From assembly GCA_973895155.1 (NCBI GenBank), contig OZ316892.1, forward strand, positions 29,828,932-29,892,931: a stretch of 64,000 bases of DNA. Direction: 5' to 3'. Positions 25,711-37,289 of the stretch are shown here, in pieces. A model generated the notes under the pieces. It saw nothing but the letters and a program-made list of their open reading frames with translations. It was not told the DNA's origin and did no database searches. This stretch comes from Marsupella aquatica (lineage: Eukaryota; Plantae; Marchantiophyta). Numbering within the stretch: position 1 is the first letter of the stretch; the number at the start of each line of letters is the position of its first letter. Both the position numbers and the translations under genes were made by a program.

Positions 25711-27143
25711 TTTTACTACACCTAATACACAGGTCTAGACTAGAGGCCTCCTGACCAAGGAAGGAGACAGTGAAGTAGTGCATTTATTGCTGTTTCGACA
25801 AAGTAAAAAGAGACTCAAGAATTGTTTGTTTGCTCGACAATGGGTCCAGATTTGGTCACTTTAAATACATACAGGTAGGGCTCTGTTCAAGTAAACCACA
25901 GGTGCAGCCATAAAAGGACAGAGCATTTCTAACCAACCCCAAATTTAAGGAGATATCCCCCCTAATATCCCGCCCAAGATTGTCAAACGTCATTTAGAAC
26001 TGATCATGTAATAATGTCTAACTTTCTTTCCACAATTCACTCAATGTGAGTAATTATGATATGAGCAGAAAATAGATGGTAGTTTGCTACCAAGTTTGCA
26101 ACCATCTATCCAGGCTTCAGAACAATATCCAAGCATTTTGGCAAATTTGGAGGTTCATAGGATCTTCACTTTTTGGGCCCAACTTGAACTGGACGTTAGA
26201 ATGCATCAGGAGATCAGGAGGGCAGAGTTCAATTGAGATCGATGGTGGCGCAACGAGATTGTATCGAAACTTGTTCCAGACACAGAGACCAACTTGATCT
26301 GAGCTTCAAATACTGCTGAAGCAACGCTCTGACGTCAAGAGATAGAACAATCATAAGCTGTGCTTTCAAAAAGGCAATAATTCGGCACGAAGAAACTGCA
26401 TGCATTTGGGACCAATCGTTATACCTCAATTGATATGTGCCCACTGCCCAGCTAGCCAGCTGGTTGAAGGTAAATTGCGAGTGAAAGTTTGAGGTTGAGA
26501 ACCCAAAAAGGGAACATTTGTTTCAGATCTCTCCACTTGGTAATCCGTAACGTAGACTCAGTCAACTGTGATACCTAATGAAAAGCTCAACCGACGGAGG
26601 AACAAAAAGGAAGAGAGGACCAATCATCTCGATTGGTGCAGTTGCTGACGCAGATGCAGAACAATGCTGTGCTGTATCAATCCGACAGCCACTACGAAAA
26701 TTGCAAAGGAAGTAGATCACGAACAAAGAGTAGCTGAAAAGATATGAAGCAGCCCACTGTGAACAAAAATTGCCAATTAAGGGGAGATTTGCGGTGATTC
26801 GATTTTATCCCTTTACCGCAGTTGTCATCGGATTTGATTCCGCTCCAGCTTGCCAGTTACTAGAATCTCCAAAGAAAATAAACTTTTCTAGATTCTGTGA
26901 CTTGGGCGGGTCCCTTCTCAACAAGATGCTACAGATAAGTTGGGTGAGGCACAAATTCATTAACACGTCTCAAATAGTCAAGTTAACTAGTCACGTACTA
27001 TTCTCAGTTGTCAGCGGCTCAAATCTTAGACTTGTGGCCATTGTTGGCAAAGCGAAATTCTACTGTAGGCCTGGATTTTCATGCAGAAGGCAATATTTTG
27101 TGGCCAAGATCGATCGACTTCTTTTAAGTGCGAGGCAGACAAT

Positions 27144-29093
27144 ATGGTAAGAGTAGCAACATCTGCAAGCATCGCATGCAGCTTTCATTCGACCTCAAGT
27201 TGTGGTGATTTTTCCATTGGAAATTGCCTACAATACAATGGAAGGAAACTCGTCACTTATCGTCGCGGGTCAGCGCAGTCGATTTCATTGAGATTTCCCG
27301 GCAGCAGAGTGCCAAACGCATCCATCAGAAGGTCACAAAATTCTGCTCAGAAAATTTGCGCTGTGAATGTTGGTACCGTTGATGTTGTGCGTGAAGTGTC
27401 TAAATCAACAGAACTCATCGACGAGCTTCTAAAGTCTCAGCTGAAGCTGCCCACCGCCATTCCATCTAAATTGAAGAAGGATGCTGCTGACGACGAGCAG
27501 AAGGTCAGCTTTCCCTTCTATGCTGCCATCTCGAATCAGTTCTGTGACGCTCTCGATAGTGTCCTGCTATGGGTTTTGTATGGTTCCACAAAGCCCACGA
27601 ACAACTACTTGCTTGGGAATTATGTTCCAGTGGAAGAGTCTGCACCTCAGAGAGTTCTCTCAGTGAAGGGACATCTCCCTGAATGTTTGAATGGTGAGTA
27701 CATTCAAGTGTGTCCAAATGCGAAGGTCATGCCTCTTGCGAAGTATCACTGGTTCGATGGAGACGGAATGTTGCACGGCCTTAAAATCAAGGACGGGGAG
27801 GTGACATACGCTTGTCGCTATGTGAGAACATCACGATTGAAGCAAGAGGAGTATTGGGGTGCTCCAAAATTCTGGAGGGTGGGAGACGTGGTTGGGTTTG
27901 GAGGACTTCTTACAATGGGAATTTATCTGCTCCGACAGAAATTGGGTGTGCTGGACACGTCCCAGGGAGAAGGCACTGCAAACACTGCATTGGCTTATCA
28001 CAATGGGACTCTCTTCGCTCTATGCGAAACGGACATGCCGTATGCTGTGCAGATACTGGAGAGCGGTGACTTCAAGACCATTTCCCGACATGACTTCGAC
28101 AAAAAGCTGGATCATCCTTTCACGGCACACCCGAAAATTGACCCTGACACGGGGGAGATGTTTTCCTGCGGCTACTCTCCCATTGGTCCTCAGTATTTGA
28201 CATATAATGTCATCTCAAAAGATGGAAAAATGAGTGATCCTGTTGCTATCACCCTGTCCAGCCCAAAACTGGTTCATGACTTCGCGATTGCTGGTGACTA
28301 CGCCGTATTTATGGATTGCCCGCTGCATATCGATCCCAAGGATATGGTCATGAAAGGTCAAAGCGCAGTCGCACACTGCAAAGACACGCCGTTCCGTTTC
28401 GGTCTCTTGCCGAAATATGCCAAGAATGAAACTGAGATGCGCTGGTTTGAGTTCACTTCGGCCATCAATTTCCACATTGCAAACGGATGGCAAGAAGGAG
28501 AGGAAGTCGTTCTACTTACATGCCGAATGTCAACAGTGGATATCCTCCGGATGAGAGAGGCAACCCCGCGATTGTACGAGTACCGGATCAACGTGAGGAC
28601 TGGCGAGACTAGTGAGACAAGGCTGGCGGAGTTCGATGCTGATATGCCGAGGATCAACGAAAATTACACCGGCAAGAAGAACCGATATGTCTACACCAGT
28701 GTCCGCATTTCAGCTGCTGTCGGAAATGAACCTGAAAATTTTGCAGTCGTAAAATATGATTTGACAAAAGAGCCTGAGCTTGGTAAAGAAGAGCTGCAGG
28801 TCGGAGGGAATGTGGTAGGTGTCTTTTGGCTTGGACATCGACGTGAAGGATCTGAGCCTCTTTTTGTTCCCAGAAATCGTGGAAGGGATTTAGATGAGGA
28901 CGACGGATACATACTCTTTCATGTTTTTGACGAAAACACCTGGAAATCCAAGGTGCTTGTGCTCGATGCGAAAACCCTGTCACCCGATCCCGTTGCAGTT
29001 GTAGAAATGCCCTCAAGAGTACCGTATGGTTTCCATTCCGTGTTCGTGAGTGAGCAACAATTACGATCCCAGCTTGCGGGCGGCACGTTCTAA
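27144..29093 (+). CDS. CCD1: Carotenoid cleavage dioxygenase, CCD1 clade, intronless, with N-terminal transit-peptide-like extension
   Basis: 649 aa from ATG 27144. Motifs GHLPECLNGE, YHWFDGDGMLHG, TSRLKQEE and the four Fe-binding His (FTAHPK, VHDFA, NFHIANGW, VPYGFH), plus EDDGY. Confidence 0.92.
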   Translation: MVRVATSASIACSFHSTSSCGDFSIGNCLQYNGRKLVTYRRGSAQSISLRFPGSRVPNASIRRSQNSAQKICAVNVGTVDVVREVSKSTELIDELLKSQLKLPTAIPSKLKKDAADDEQKVSFPFYAAISNQFCDALDSVLLWVLYGSTKPTNNYLLGNYVPVEESAPQRVLSVKGHLPECLNGEYIQVCPNAKVMPLAKYHWFDGDGMLHGLKIKDGEVTYACRYVRTSRLKQEEYWGAPKFWRVGDVVGFGGLLTMGIYLLRQKLGVLDTSQGEGTANTALAYHNGTLFALCETDMPYAVQILESGDFKTISRHDFDKKLDHPFTAHPKIDPDTGEMFSCGYSPIGPQYLTYNVISKDGKMSDPVAITLSSPKLVHDFAIAGDYAVFMDCPLHIDPKDMVMKGQSAVAHCKDTPFRFGLLPKYAKNETEMRWFEFTSAINFHIANGWQEGEEVVLLTCRMSTVDILRMREATPRLYEYRINVRTGETSETRLAEFDADMPRINENYTGKKNRYVYTSVRISAAVGNEPENFAVVKYDLTKEPELGKEELQVGGNVVGVFWLGHRREGSEPLFVPRNRGRDLDEDDGYILFHVFDENTWKSKVLVLDAKTLSPDPVAVVEMPSRVPYGFHSVFVSEQQLRSQLAGGTF

Positions 29094-31522
29094 TTTATAA
29101 TTATGTAAAGCAATAAGAAAACAAACTTTCGAAGACATTGTTGTTGCAATGTTCGCAATATGGTCTGCGTATGTCAACGTCGATTTCAGTTCAACTCTGG
29201 GTGTAGATATCGAGTGTGATTGGGTCTCTATCGTCGTGTTCGATGGAGACTATTTGTGATTTAGTCTTTCTCGACTCCCGTCTCGACGTCTTTTTTCTAA
29301 ATTATACATTAAATCTCTTCTTTGTCTAGTTCTTAGTCCTCTGTTGGGTTTGGTGGGACTTCTGTCTAAACTCGCACTCGAGTCAGGAGACTTATCCTGT
29401 GGCTAAGCTGGAATTAAGAAGGAGCAATAGAAGGTCATTGAAATAGAATCAAAAGTCAGAGGTTACTGGACATTGTGAATCACACTGGAAACAAGGCCAT
29501 AGTGTCAACTATTCAATACACCCGCTTTGCCTCGTTGATCTTGCATCCTCTCGGATATCGTTCGCAGTCTGCACGCTGGCCAATTCTCTTGGTTGAGAGC
29601 CAGAAACATGGTCTCTCAAACTCTTTGATGAGGAGCTCAGCTGGGTGAGCTCGAAGTTAATGGTCCATTAATCAAACAGAAATAGCTATTGAAGAACTCG
29701 ATTAGTTTTGGCTTTTCATAAGCATTTCGAAGAAAGCTGCTGATGTGATTCTTTGTTAATTACTAGGGATTACCAATTGTTGTCTTGGACGACCTTCTTG
29801 TTCCACGCGTAGTTGTGTTATCTTTATGGGATAAATTTACATTACACTTCAATGGCTTCTGAAGGCAACTTTTTTTACACTTTTTAAGAAAAAAACGGAT
29901 TTGAGCGATCTTTTAGCCCTGACGAAGGATACACAGAGTGCAGTCCTAAATTTACAGTCTTCCTTCATGTGGTCATGAAGCAGCTTGTTCCTACAATTAA
30001 GGAAAGGGTCCTGCTCGTGGAGGTCTGGAGTGAATTGAACTGCTGTAGTTTTGAAGTGGTACTAAATAATTCTTAACAGACCATTCCAAGCCCGTTTCGT
30101 GTTTTTTAAGGGCTGCACCTCATAGACTGACTGGAATGTACTATTTAAGCCATCAACACCAGTTGTGTTTCGCAATACATTGTAATGATTGCCAGCCCCG
30201 TGTGTACATTTGTTCGAAATTAAGATGTTAGCCTGACTTGAAACTCTGCAGCCTTCGGAGGGTTCTTTCCCAATTTTATGGGAACCAACTTACGAGCCAT
30301 TCAGGCAATCTAGCCCCCTTACGTTCTTCTGTTGTGACTTTGACTAAACCAGCGACAATCAATTCTTGCAAAGTGTGCAAACATAGTTTAATCTCGAGAG
30401 ATGCGCCCATAAATATGACGATACAGGCACACGAAATCAGTATGACAGTATCAGGCATCAAGTAGTCAATCACAGCACTCTGCAAAAGCAAACATAGACC
30501 TGCCAAACAACCTTCCATCAGTGCTTCATGAAACCAGAATCTTCTCTAGGTAACACAAGCTAACAAGCCATATATTTCTACTTCTTGAACAGATTTGTAA
30601 CTAATTAGACAGACCAACTGACGGGCACCTGCAGCCAATCGAATCTTTATTAGAAATCAATTGCGAGAACGAAGACGACTCATCACGTCAGGAAATCAGC
30701 AAAGACCTCTGGATGATCAGCATCGGATGAGACTAGAATAGATTTACAGAATAAATTCTTCAACGATATAAAACCCCTCTTCTACAAATCACTGCTTGCA
30801 TTGTCCTCTGGATGATCGGCATCAGTTGAGAGAAACAAATAGATTTTCAGTATAATTCTTCAGAACGACCAAAAAAAACTCTTGTACAAATAACTGCTTG
30901 CATTCTCCGCAATAGCCTGGGTGACCCAGACCAAGTTTCTCTAACCCAAATGTCCCTCTTCCTCAACAGATGGCAGACTGCGAGAATTGATCACTTACCT
31001 TTGAATTGACACAATTTGTCAGGAAACTACTGTAGGTTACAGATTAAAATGATCCGAAACTCCACAATTATAACAGATCGGAAACCAATAATTGACAAGG
31101 TTCAGTGTACTTTATACAATTAACCATCCCATGGGTGGCGAAATCATTACGGATTCTAGCAATTGGAGTTGAAGGGGCTCCACTTGGGAACATAGTAGTT
31201 CCACCTGAACTCCTTCGACGTCTGCACCAAAAATGCATCGAAGGCCAGCTTGAACTCCATCCATTCACGCAAGGACTATGCATAGGGGGGCCGTTGGTAC
31301 CACATCCGCTCTTTCCAGATCTTCATTTGCTTAAGGGGATCGTCTCAACCTGCTGATTGATATAATGACCGGGAGCTCCAAGATGTGGACATGGCCAAGG
31401 TAAATACCGAGCGGAAGTAGACGCTTGGGTGCAGTTGTTAACATAACTGGATTTCCTTGCCAAAATTTCCTTGGGTATTCACTATGATGCTATGGCAGAA
31501 GAAAACCTGCTCAGCAGGTTTT

Positions 31523-32602
31523 TTATACATTTTTAAGGTTCTTGGGTAGGGGGCTAGAGAGCAAACTCTGACTCTTCGGCAGGGGGCTATCCACAGTGAA
31601 TCTGGGAGTCTTACCTGGGGCAACCGGTGTACTATTTGCACTACTCCTCCTACTCATGCGTCTAGACAAAGACCTGGGGAGATCTTTCAACATGGGCACT
31701 CCTGACTTTTTCACTTCATCCGCAAAGTCTCCATCCTTGTCCACCACGAAATACACTTGCGAGTTCTCTTCCGCCTCGGTGGACACTTCATCATAATCTG
31801 CATTCTCGGATGTCTCTCCCACCAAAAAGCGTACGGCTACATACCCTGCAAAGGTGAGAGCCACAACTGCCACTGCCTGGGCAATAAAAATTAATACTTG
31901 GAGCGCTTTTGCCCTCATGTTGTCCATTGGGGACTGACAGGAAGGGAAGTCCTTTCCTTCAGGTATAGAGCAACCCAAGGGGATGGCGGAAGGAACGTTG
32001 ATGAGAACCCCAATGTAAAAAAACCATGTGCCTTTAAGGGTGAGAGCCATTGATCGAGCTAGCGCCACCACAACTGAGGAGGGGTGGCTTATCTCCAGAA
32101 ACATGAGTAGCACCAAGACTGCCAGAATGAGCTGCATGAGCATGTGGACATAACTTTCCAGATTGTCGCCTGGGTGATGACCAAAGTGGAACACAATCAG
32201 CTCGGACAAGAACCCCAGTGCAAAAGTAGCTTGCAGGGCTCCATCCGGGAGAGGCAAAAACCTGGAATGCTCGTTGAGGAGTGCCACGCATATGTAGACA
32301 GAATACATCAAAGAGAAAGCAACGTGCTGGAATCTTATCAGGTGCTCGGCGCGGATCACTCCTGAAGCCAAATCCTCCTTGGCATGCGATAGCTGTTTGG
32401 TCATGAATGCAGAGACGATGAAGAGCAAGATCCAAAGCTCCAAAGCACGAAAGTAGCCTTGAAACCGCGTTGGAAACCAAGCCCTGGACTTGAATCCCCT
32501 AGGATTTGAAATGTAGGAATGGAGAATACTAAACATGTGCCACAAGCCTAGCAGCCCGAATATGAATCCCGAGTCTATGTGAGAAGGAAGAAACCACCCC
32601 AT
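31523..32602 (-). CDS. TMEM45/DUF716 family membrane protein
   Basis: SHIDSGFIFGLLGLWH, KSRAWFP, FQHVAFS, FHFGHH..LESYVH, LKGTWF. Multiple TM segments and a Ser/Arg-rich tail in a single ORF. Confidence 0.85.
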   Translation of the reverse strand: MGWFLPSHIDSGFIFGLLGLWHMFSILHSYISNPRGFKSRAWFPTRFQGYFRALELWILLFIVSAFMTKQLSHAKEDLASGVIRAEHLIRFQHVAFSLMYSVYICVALLNEHSRFLPLPDGALQATFALGFLSELIVFHFGHHPGDNLESYVHMLMQLILAVLVLLMFLEISHPSSVVVALARSMALTLKGTWFFYIGVLINVPSAIPLGCSIPEGKDFPSCQSPMDNMRAKALQVLIFIAQAVAVVALTFAGYVAVRFLVGETSENADYDEVSTEAEENSQVYFVVDKDGDFADEVKKSGVPMLKDLPRSLSRRMSRRSSANSTPVAPGKTPRFTVDSPLPKSQSLLSSPLPKNLKNV

Positions 32603-33880
32603 TATAACAATCTCCTCGAACACTTCGTACTCGATGGGACCCGGACTAACCCTTTTCTTCTATTGCAAGCCCCTTCGATTGCAGACGTTGCGAGTGAGTT
32701 GGAAATTTGTCTAAATCTGTATACTCCTGACACTCCCCATGGAGCAACCACAGATGAATACAATCGGCCAGGCACTGCCTCTGCACCAAACAAAGAAACG
32801 AGAACAGAAAACCTATTCAAGGTTTGATACAGAAACGGAGAAATTGGAAAGAACACAAAGAGAGGAAGGGAAGTAAATGGGAATTACAGTCAAGGCCTAA
32901 CGAAAACAGACAAGAGAAGGTACAGAGCAGGCAAGTAGCAGTCAGTCGGACAATGATTGAAATGGAAAGAATGTATGTCCGATTCGAGACCTTGCTCACA
33001 GCTAGAAAGCTGCTGCATCAATTATTTATCTCAAAGACTCACACGAACAGAGAGACAAAAACAGGCGCGAATTCAGAGAAGGGCATTAGGTGATGACCCC
33101 GCGATTCAATCGAATGGATCAATCTCCATCCGAGCTTCAGGTACAGAAACCAATATCTACACTTCAATTAATCCTCCTCCGTCAACGCGGACGGCGCCAA
33201 AATAACATCAGCTCAGTCACTGACCGAGTCTATTGTCCAATTGATCTCTTCTTCCACTAGAAATTCAGCAAGATATCTGAATTCGTTGTCGAATCAAACT
33301 CCTTCCAGACCTTCAGCAACTGAGAGACTGGTTATCCACCTGGGAACTTCGCAGCTCGATTAATGCCCGTCTGTTCTGTATTCTCAATCTCTACTTCCTG
33401 CGAAGACTCAGCAAGAAATCAACTCTGGGCGTCTCCCAACCAACAAGATGATCGAATCGAGTAGGGGACCGCGGCCATAGCCGCGATTTGCAACAGGAGG
33501 ACAGATGGGTGTCCCGTCTTGCAGTATAAGATCTCAATAACGGTTGAACATACTCCAGCCCATCTCGATTTTGCCTTTCTGTCAGGATACCTTCACAGAG
33601 CTTCGTCTATGCTAAAACTGCCGATCTGGATCTCCCCCAGCTCCCACAGCACTGCTGATCAATCTGGACCTGCCCAGTTGCAGACGCAAGGATTTCGAAA
33701 CACAAAGATTGAAACACAACGATTGACTGAGTGGGCTGTGAGCACTTGAGACGCCGATGAGATATGTGACTACAGTATGAAAGATATGCGCGGTGGAGAG
33801 AGTATCGATCGAGATCATCACCAGGTCGTTTGACTTCTCTTGCAATTTGACATCAGTCTACACTAACTAAATATACACAC

Positions 33881-35020
33881 TTTTTATATACAAAGGGACC
33901 AAACAGAGTACAAATGAACAAACAAAAGAGGGCCATGAACAAACAAAAGAGTACCCAAGTGGACAAAACCAATCCAAAAAGAAAGAAGTGAGCAAAAGGG
34001 ATCCACTAAACACCAAGAAAGAGGAACTAAAAGTAAAAAATGAGCAATAGAGAACCCCTAAAAACCAAGAAAGAGAGACTAAACTAACCTAAGCGGACCG
34101 AGGTCCTCATCATTCCTAGTGAATGTGGCAAAAAGTTACTGGTCCACATCAAGGGTCAAAACTAGATCGGCAAGTGGGATTGGAACATCCTCTAGGGGAG
34201 CTAGCCAGTGCGGAGGCACACTAGCACCCACTGTAAGAGATCGACGATAGATGGCCCGAGCTTGAGCACGCTGCAAGGTGACTGAAATGCGTTGGCGAAA
34301 GTGTGTGGTCAAAATAGAAAGCGGGGGTCCGGTGGGACCCATGCGGCCATGAACATCCCGGGTAGCTTGTCGAAGAAGCCCATCAAACTGAGGATGAAGA
34401 CGCCCAAATAGCTCCAGAGCAAGGGGGAGGAAGCTGTCGGATGAAGCTCGTGCAACATATTTGGCCTCCTTCGTTGTTGCCGCACGTGACGTTGCTGCCC
34501 CTGCCGTAGTTGTCGTTGTCCCAATGATGTCTTGGCGCAATGGGTTTGCCACCACTACATCTGCCAATGTACGTTGACCCTCACGGACCATGGTAAGATC
34601 CACCCGTAACCACTGTGATGGAGGACTAGGTAACTCGAGTACCACCTCCCGCCGCACGCATACCAAAGAGCCAGAGAGAACCTGAGCAGTCGCATCTCGC
34701 ACAGCGTCGTGAACAATAATGGTTTCACCTCCCAAACTGCACCGAAGAAGATGGACACCTGTGGCATCACAAGGCTTCCCACAAGTGCAAGAAGGGGGTA
34801 AACCTGCAAGAAGTGGGTGGGGCAGCCCCATACGAAGACGCATGGCTGTGGAGAACTCCGTTGAAGACATCCGCAAATGAAGAATGACTGGATTGGCCTG
34901 AAGCCATCCACCTGCGCCCTTCCCTCCAGAAGAAAGAATCCAAGCTCGGTCCGTGTCAGGTGCCTCGGAGAGGATGCTGGAAAGGGTGAAAGCATCTACA
35001 GCACTGGGTTTTCCTTTCTG
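33881..35020 (-). mobile_element. 5'-truncated CRE-like non-LTR retrotransposon (zinc knuckle + restriction-like endonuclease)
   Basis: ORF 34136-35023: GAGGWL..P, RLRMG, CTC..H...C, HDAVRD, RVDL..ADV..KEAKY, FLPLALELFG, RQRISVTLQRAQA. 3' UTR with short A tail. Possible cacac TSD at 33876-33880 / 35021-35025. Confidence 0.85.
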
Positions 35021-35184
35021 CACACCTAAACTTAGTGCACATTAATGGTCAGCGTGGTCTGCGTCTGATTGCGGGCGAGGTCTTCCTTCTTTCACTCCTC
35101 AGCGATGCGCATTCCATTATTATTCTACCGCGATGGCAAGTCCATGTTCACAAACTGAGGACTGCGTTCTCCTAAGAATATAAT

Positions 35185-35745
35185 ACTCTAGGGTGTAGGG
35201 TAACCCAAGGGGTAACCCATGGGCTGTAGGGGGTTGTGGGGTGTAATCAGGGTTGTTGGGGGTAAGCCATGTAGACAGTCAGCCCGAGGGGGTTACAGTC
35301 CATAAGCCCAAAACCTATGGGTTACCGAACTTAATTCCTGTTAGGAGAAGAGGTTACTGGTGTGTAACCATTTCTGCAGGGGCCTGCTATAGTCATAATC
35401 TGCTGTCCTGAAAAATTGAGCCGGTAACCTCTTTCCGGGCAGGAATTACGTACGCTAGTGCAGGTCTGGGCTGGGGTTATAGACTCTAACCTGCTCCCGG
35501 AATATTTAAAGAAGCATTTCGGCTGCCGCCGGTCAGCTTCTTTTCATATTCCGGACGCAAGGTTACAGCCTAGTAACCCTGCGCCCAGACCTGCATTACC
35601 CTATGCATAAACTCTCCTGGTCAGCCCGAGGGGGTTACAGTCCATAACCCCAAAATCTGTGGGTTACCGAGCGTAAAATCTCCTGGTCAGCCCAAGGGGG
35701 CTAGAGTCCATAACCCCAAAACCTGTGGGTTATTGAACAATAATC
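35185..35745. repeat. GGTTAC-rich repetitive element with central palindrome
   Basis: tcagcccgagggggttacagtccataa-type unit x3; inverted repeat 35459-35595. Confidence 0.65.
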
Positions 35746-36307
35746 ACTCGGTGCACTCCCCATCCCAATAGTGACATACAATAATTCACATCCTCATAAT
35801 CATGGCCCAAGCAGCACTTGAATGGAATGACACATAACACTTAGTAGACTCTCCCCACCCCAATAGTGACTTTTTCACTTTCAAGATCTTTTCTCATCTT
35901 GATATATTTGACTTTGTCACCTCAAGATCTTTTATCACCTGGACATATATTTTATCCTTTTTCTCATTTTGCCATATTTTCTTACCTTGCCATCTTCATC
36001 TCGCCTCCATATCTTTCCCTCTGTCACTCTTGACATATTTTATCTTTTCAAAATCTTTTCTCACCTCAACATCTTTAATTTTGGCAACGTGCATGTATTG
36101 GGCCCAAGATGTACTTAACAACATCTTTGACTAATGATATACTTTACTTATTGACCATTTTTTAGTTAAAAACATTTTTATACTTGACGATATCTTTCAT
36201 ATAACAACATCATTGGTGACACCGCATATATTTACTTAACGACAATGGGAATGGCAAATTTTTACTTGATTACATCTTGGGCGACACGACATCTTTGGCA
36301 AAATGAC

Positions 36308-36542
36308 CTCGGGGGTCTCACTATATTGATGCCTCCCCATCACCTGTGATGTTTTTAGGCCTCGGACCCCCTAAAATGTAAGAAAACAAATTATTTTTTA
36401 ACCCCTATAAAGTCTCAAAATTGGATTTAAAGACCCTATTGTTCTTCTCAGAAAATTCTTAAATCTTCCCTTTGAACCAATAAAATGACCCTATACTTCG
36501 TCGCACGTGATATGACATTTTTGTGTAAGTGAAACTCCCAAG
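36308..36542. mobile_element. MITE related to 9016-9262, 8-bp TSD
   Basis: aaaatgac at 36300-36307 and 36543-36550. Termini ctcggggg...ctcccaag. Shares aaatgaccctatacttcgtcgcac with 9201-9224. Confidence 0.75.
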
Positions 36543-37167
36543 AAAATGACTTCTTTTTTGGAATGACATCTCATTACTTTATGAAAACTTTTAAATAATA
36601 ATATCTTGGGAAAACACAACATCTTTTCTCTTAAATGGGCGCCATGACACTTTTTTTCTTAGCGACATTTTGGGCACCACTACATCATGGGCACCACTAC
36701 GTCTCTTTTCTTCACAACATCTTAGGCAACAAAAATTATTTTTCTTCATGACATTTTTTGTGCAACTCATGGGTATTGAGCTAGTAATTAACAATTTATT
36801 TGATAATTATCAAATTTTATTTTAAATTAATTAAGACAATTTTATACAATGATGCTAAAAAGATAGCATTGCAAAAACAATTTTGCTTATGCTTTCTAGG
36901 AGGTGTGAGTTATAGGAAACTATACATACCACATATGATCCAAAAACAGGTACTTTATAATTATTTTGACAACTCTTTCATAAAGCATAGAGTTAAAATA
37001 AGTTAAAAATGCTACAATAAATAAAAATCCTTAGTTTATACATTTTATGAAGCAAATAGATCATTTAAATTTCAAAATAGAATTTTTTAATGAAATAAGA
37101 ATATTTATTTTGATCAGTATTGTTTGTGATATTTTGAAAATTATTAATTTTTAATTTTTTTAAATTC

Positions 37168-37289
37168 TTTTTTAAGGGGAAATCTGTGAAACCCCACAGA
37201 AAGGGAAGAGTCAGTCACAATAGTTGAACCCAAGACCTATCAGTTTCTACTCAAGTGAGCTACCACAAAGTCATGTCTCTTTGGGCTAT
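37168..37289 (-). mobile_element. tRNA-derived SINE-like repeat
   Basis: Near copy of 58481-58610. A-box-like tggtagctcacttga and B-box-like ggttcaact on the minus strand, with an A-rich tail. Confidence 0.6.

Noticed and set aside
27081-27143. Upstream in-frame ATG of the 670-aa CCD ORF
   Set aside because: 27144 gives a more typical transit-peptide start, though the upstream ATG cannot be excluded.
31157-31350. Protein-like minus-strand stretch (MEFKLAFDAFLVQTSKEFRWNYYVPKW)
   Set aside because: Short, contains a stop, no recognisable family; likely the 3' region of the TMEM45 gene.
34090-34116. Hammerhead-like motif in the CRE 3' UTR (minus strand: atgatga ggac ctcg gtcc)
   Set aside because: Lacks the initial C of CUGAUGA and the GAAA core (reads GCTT).
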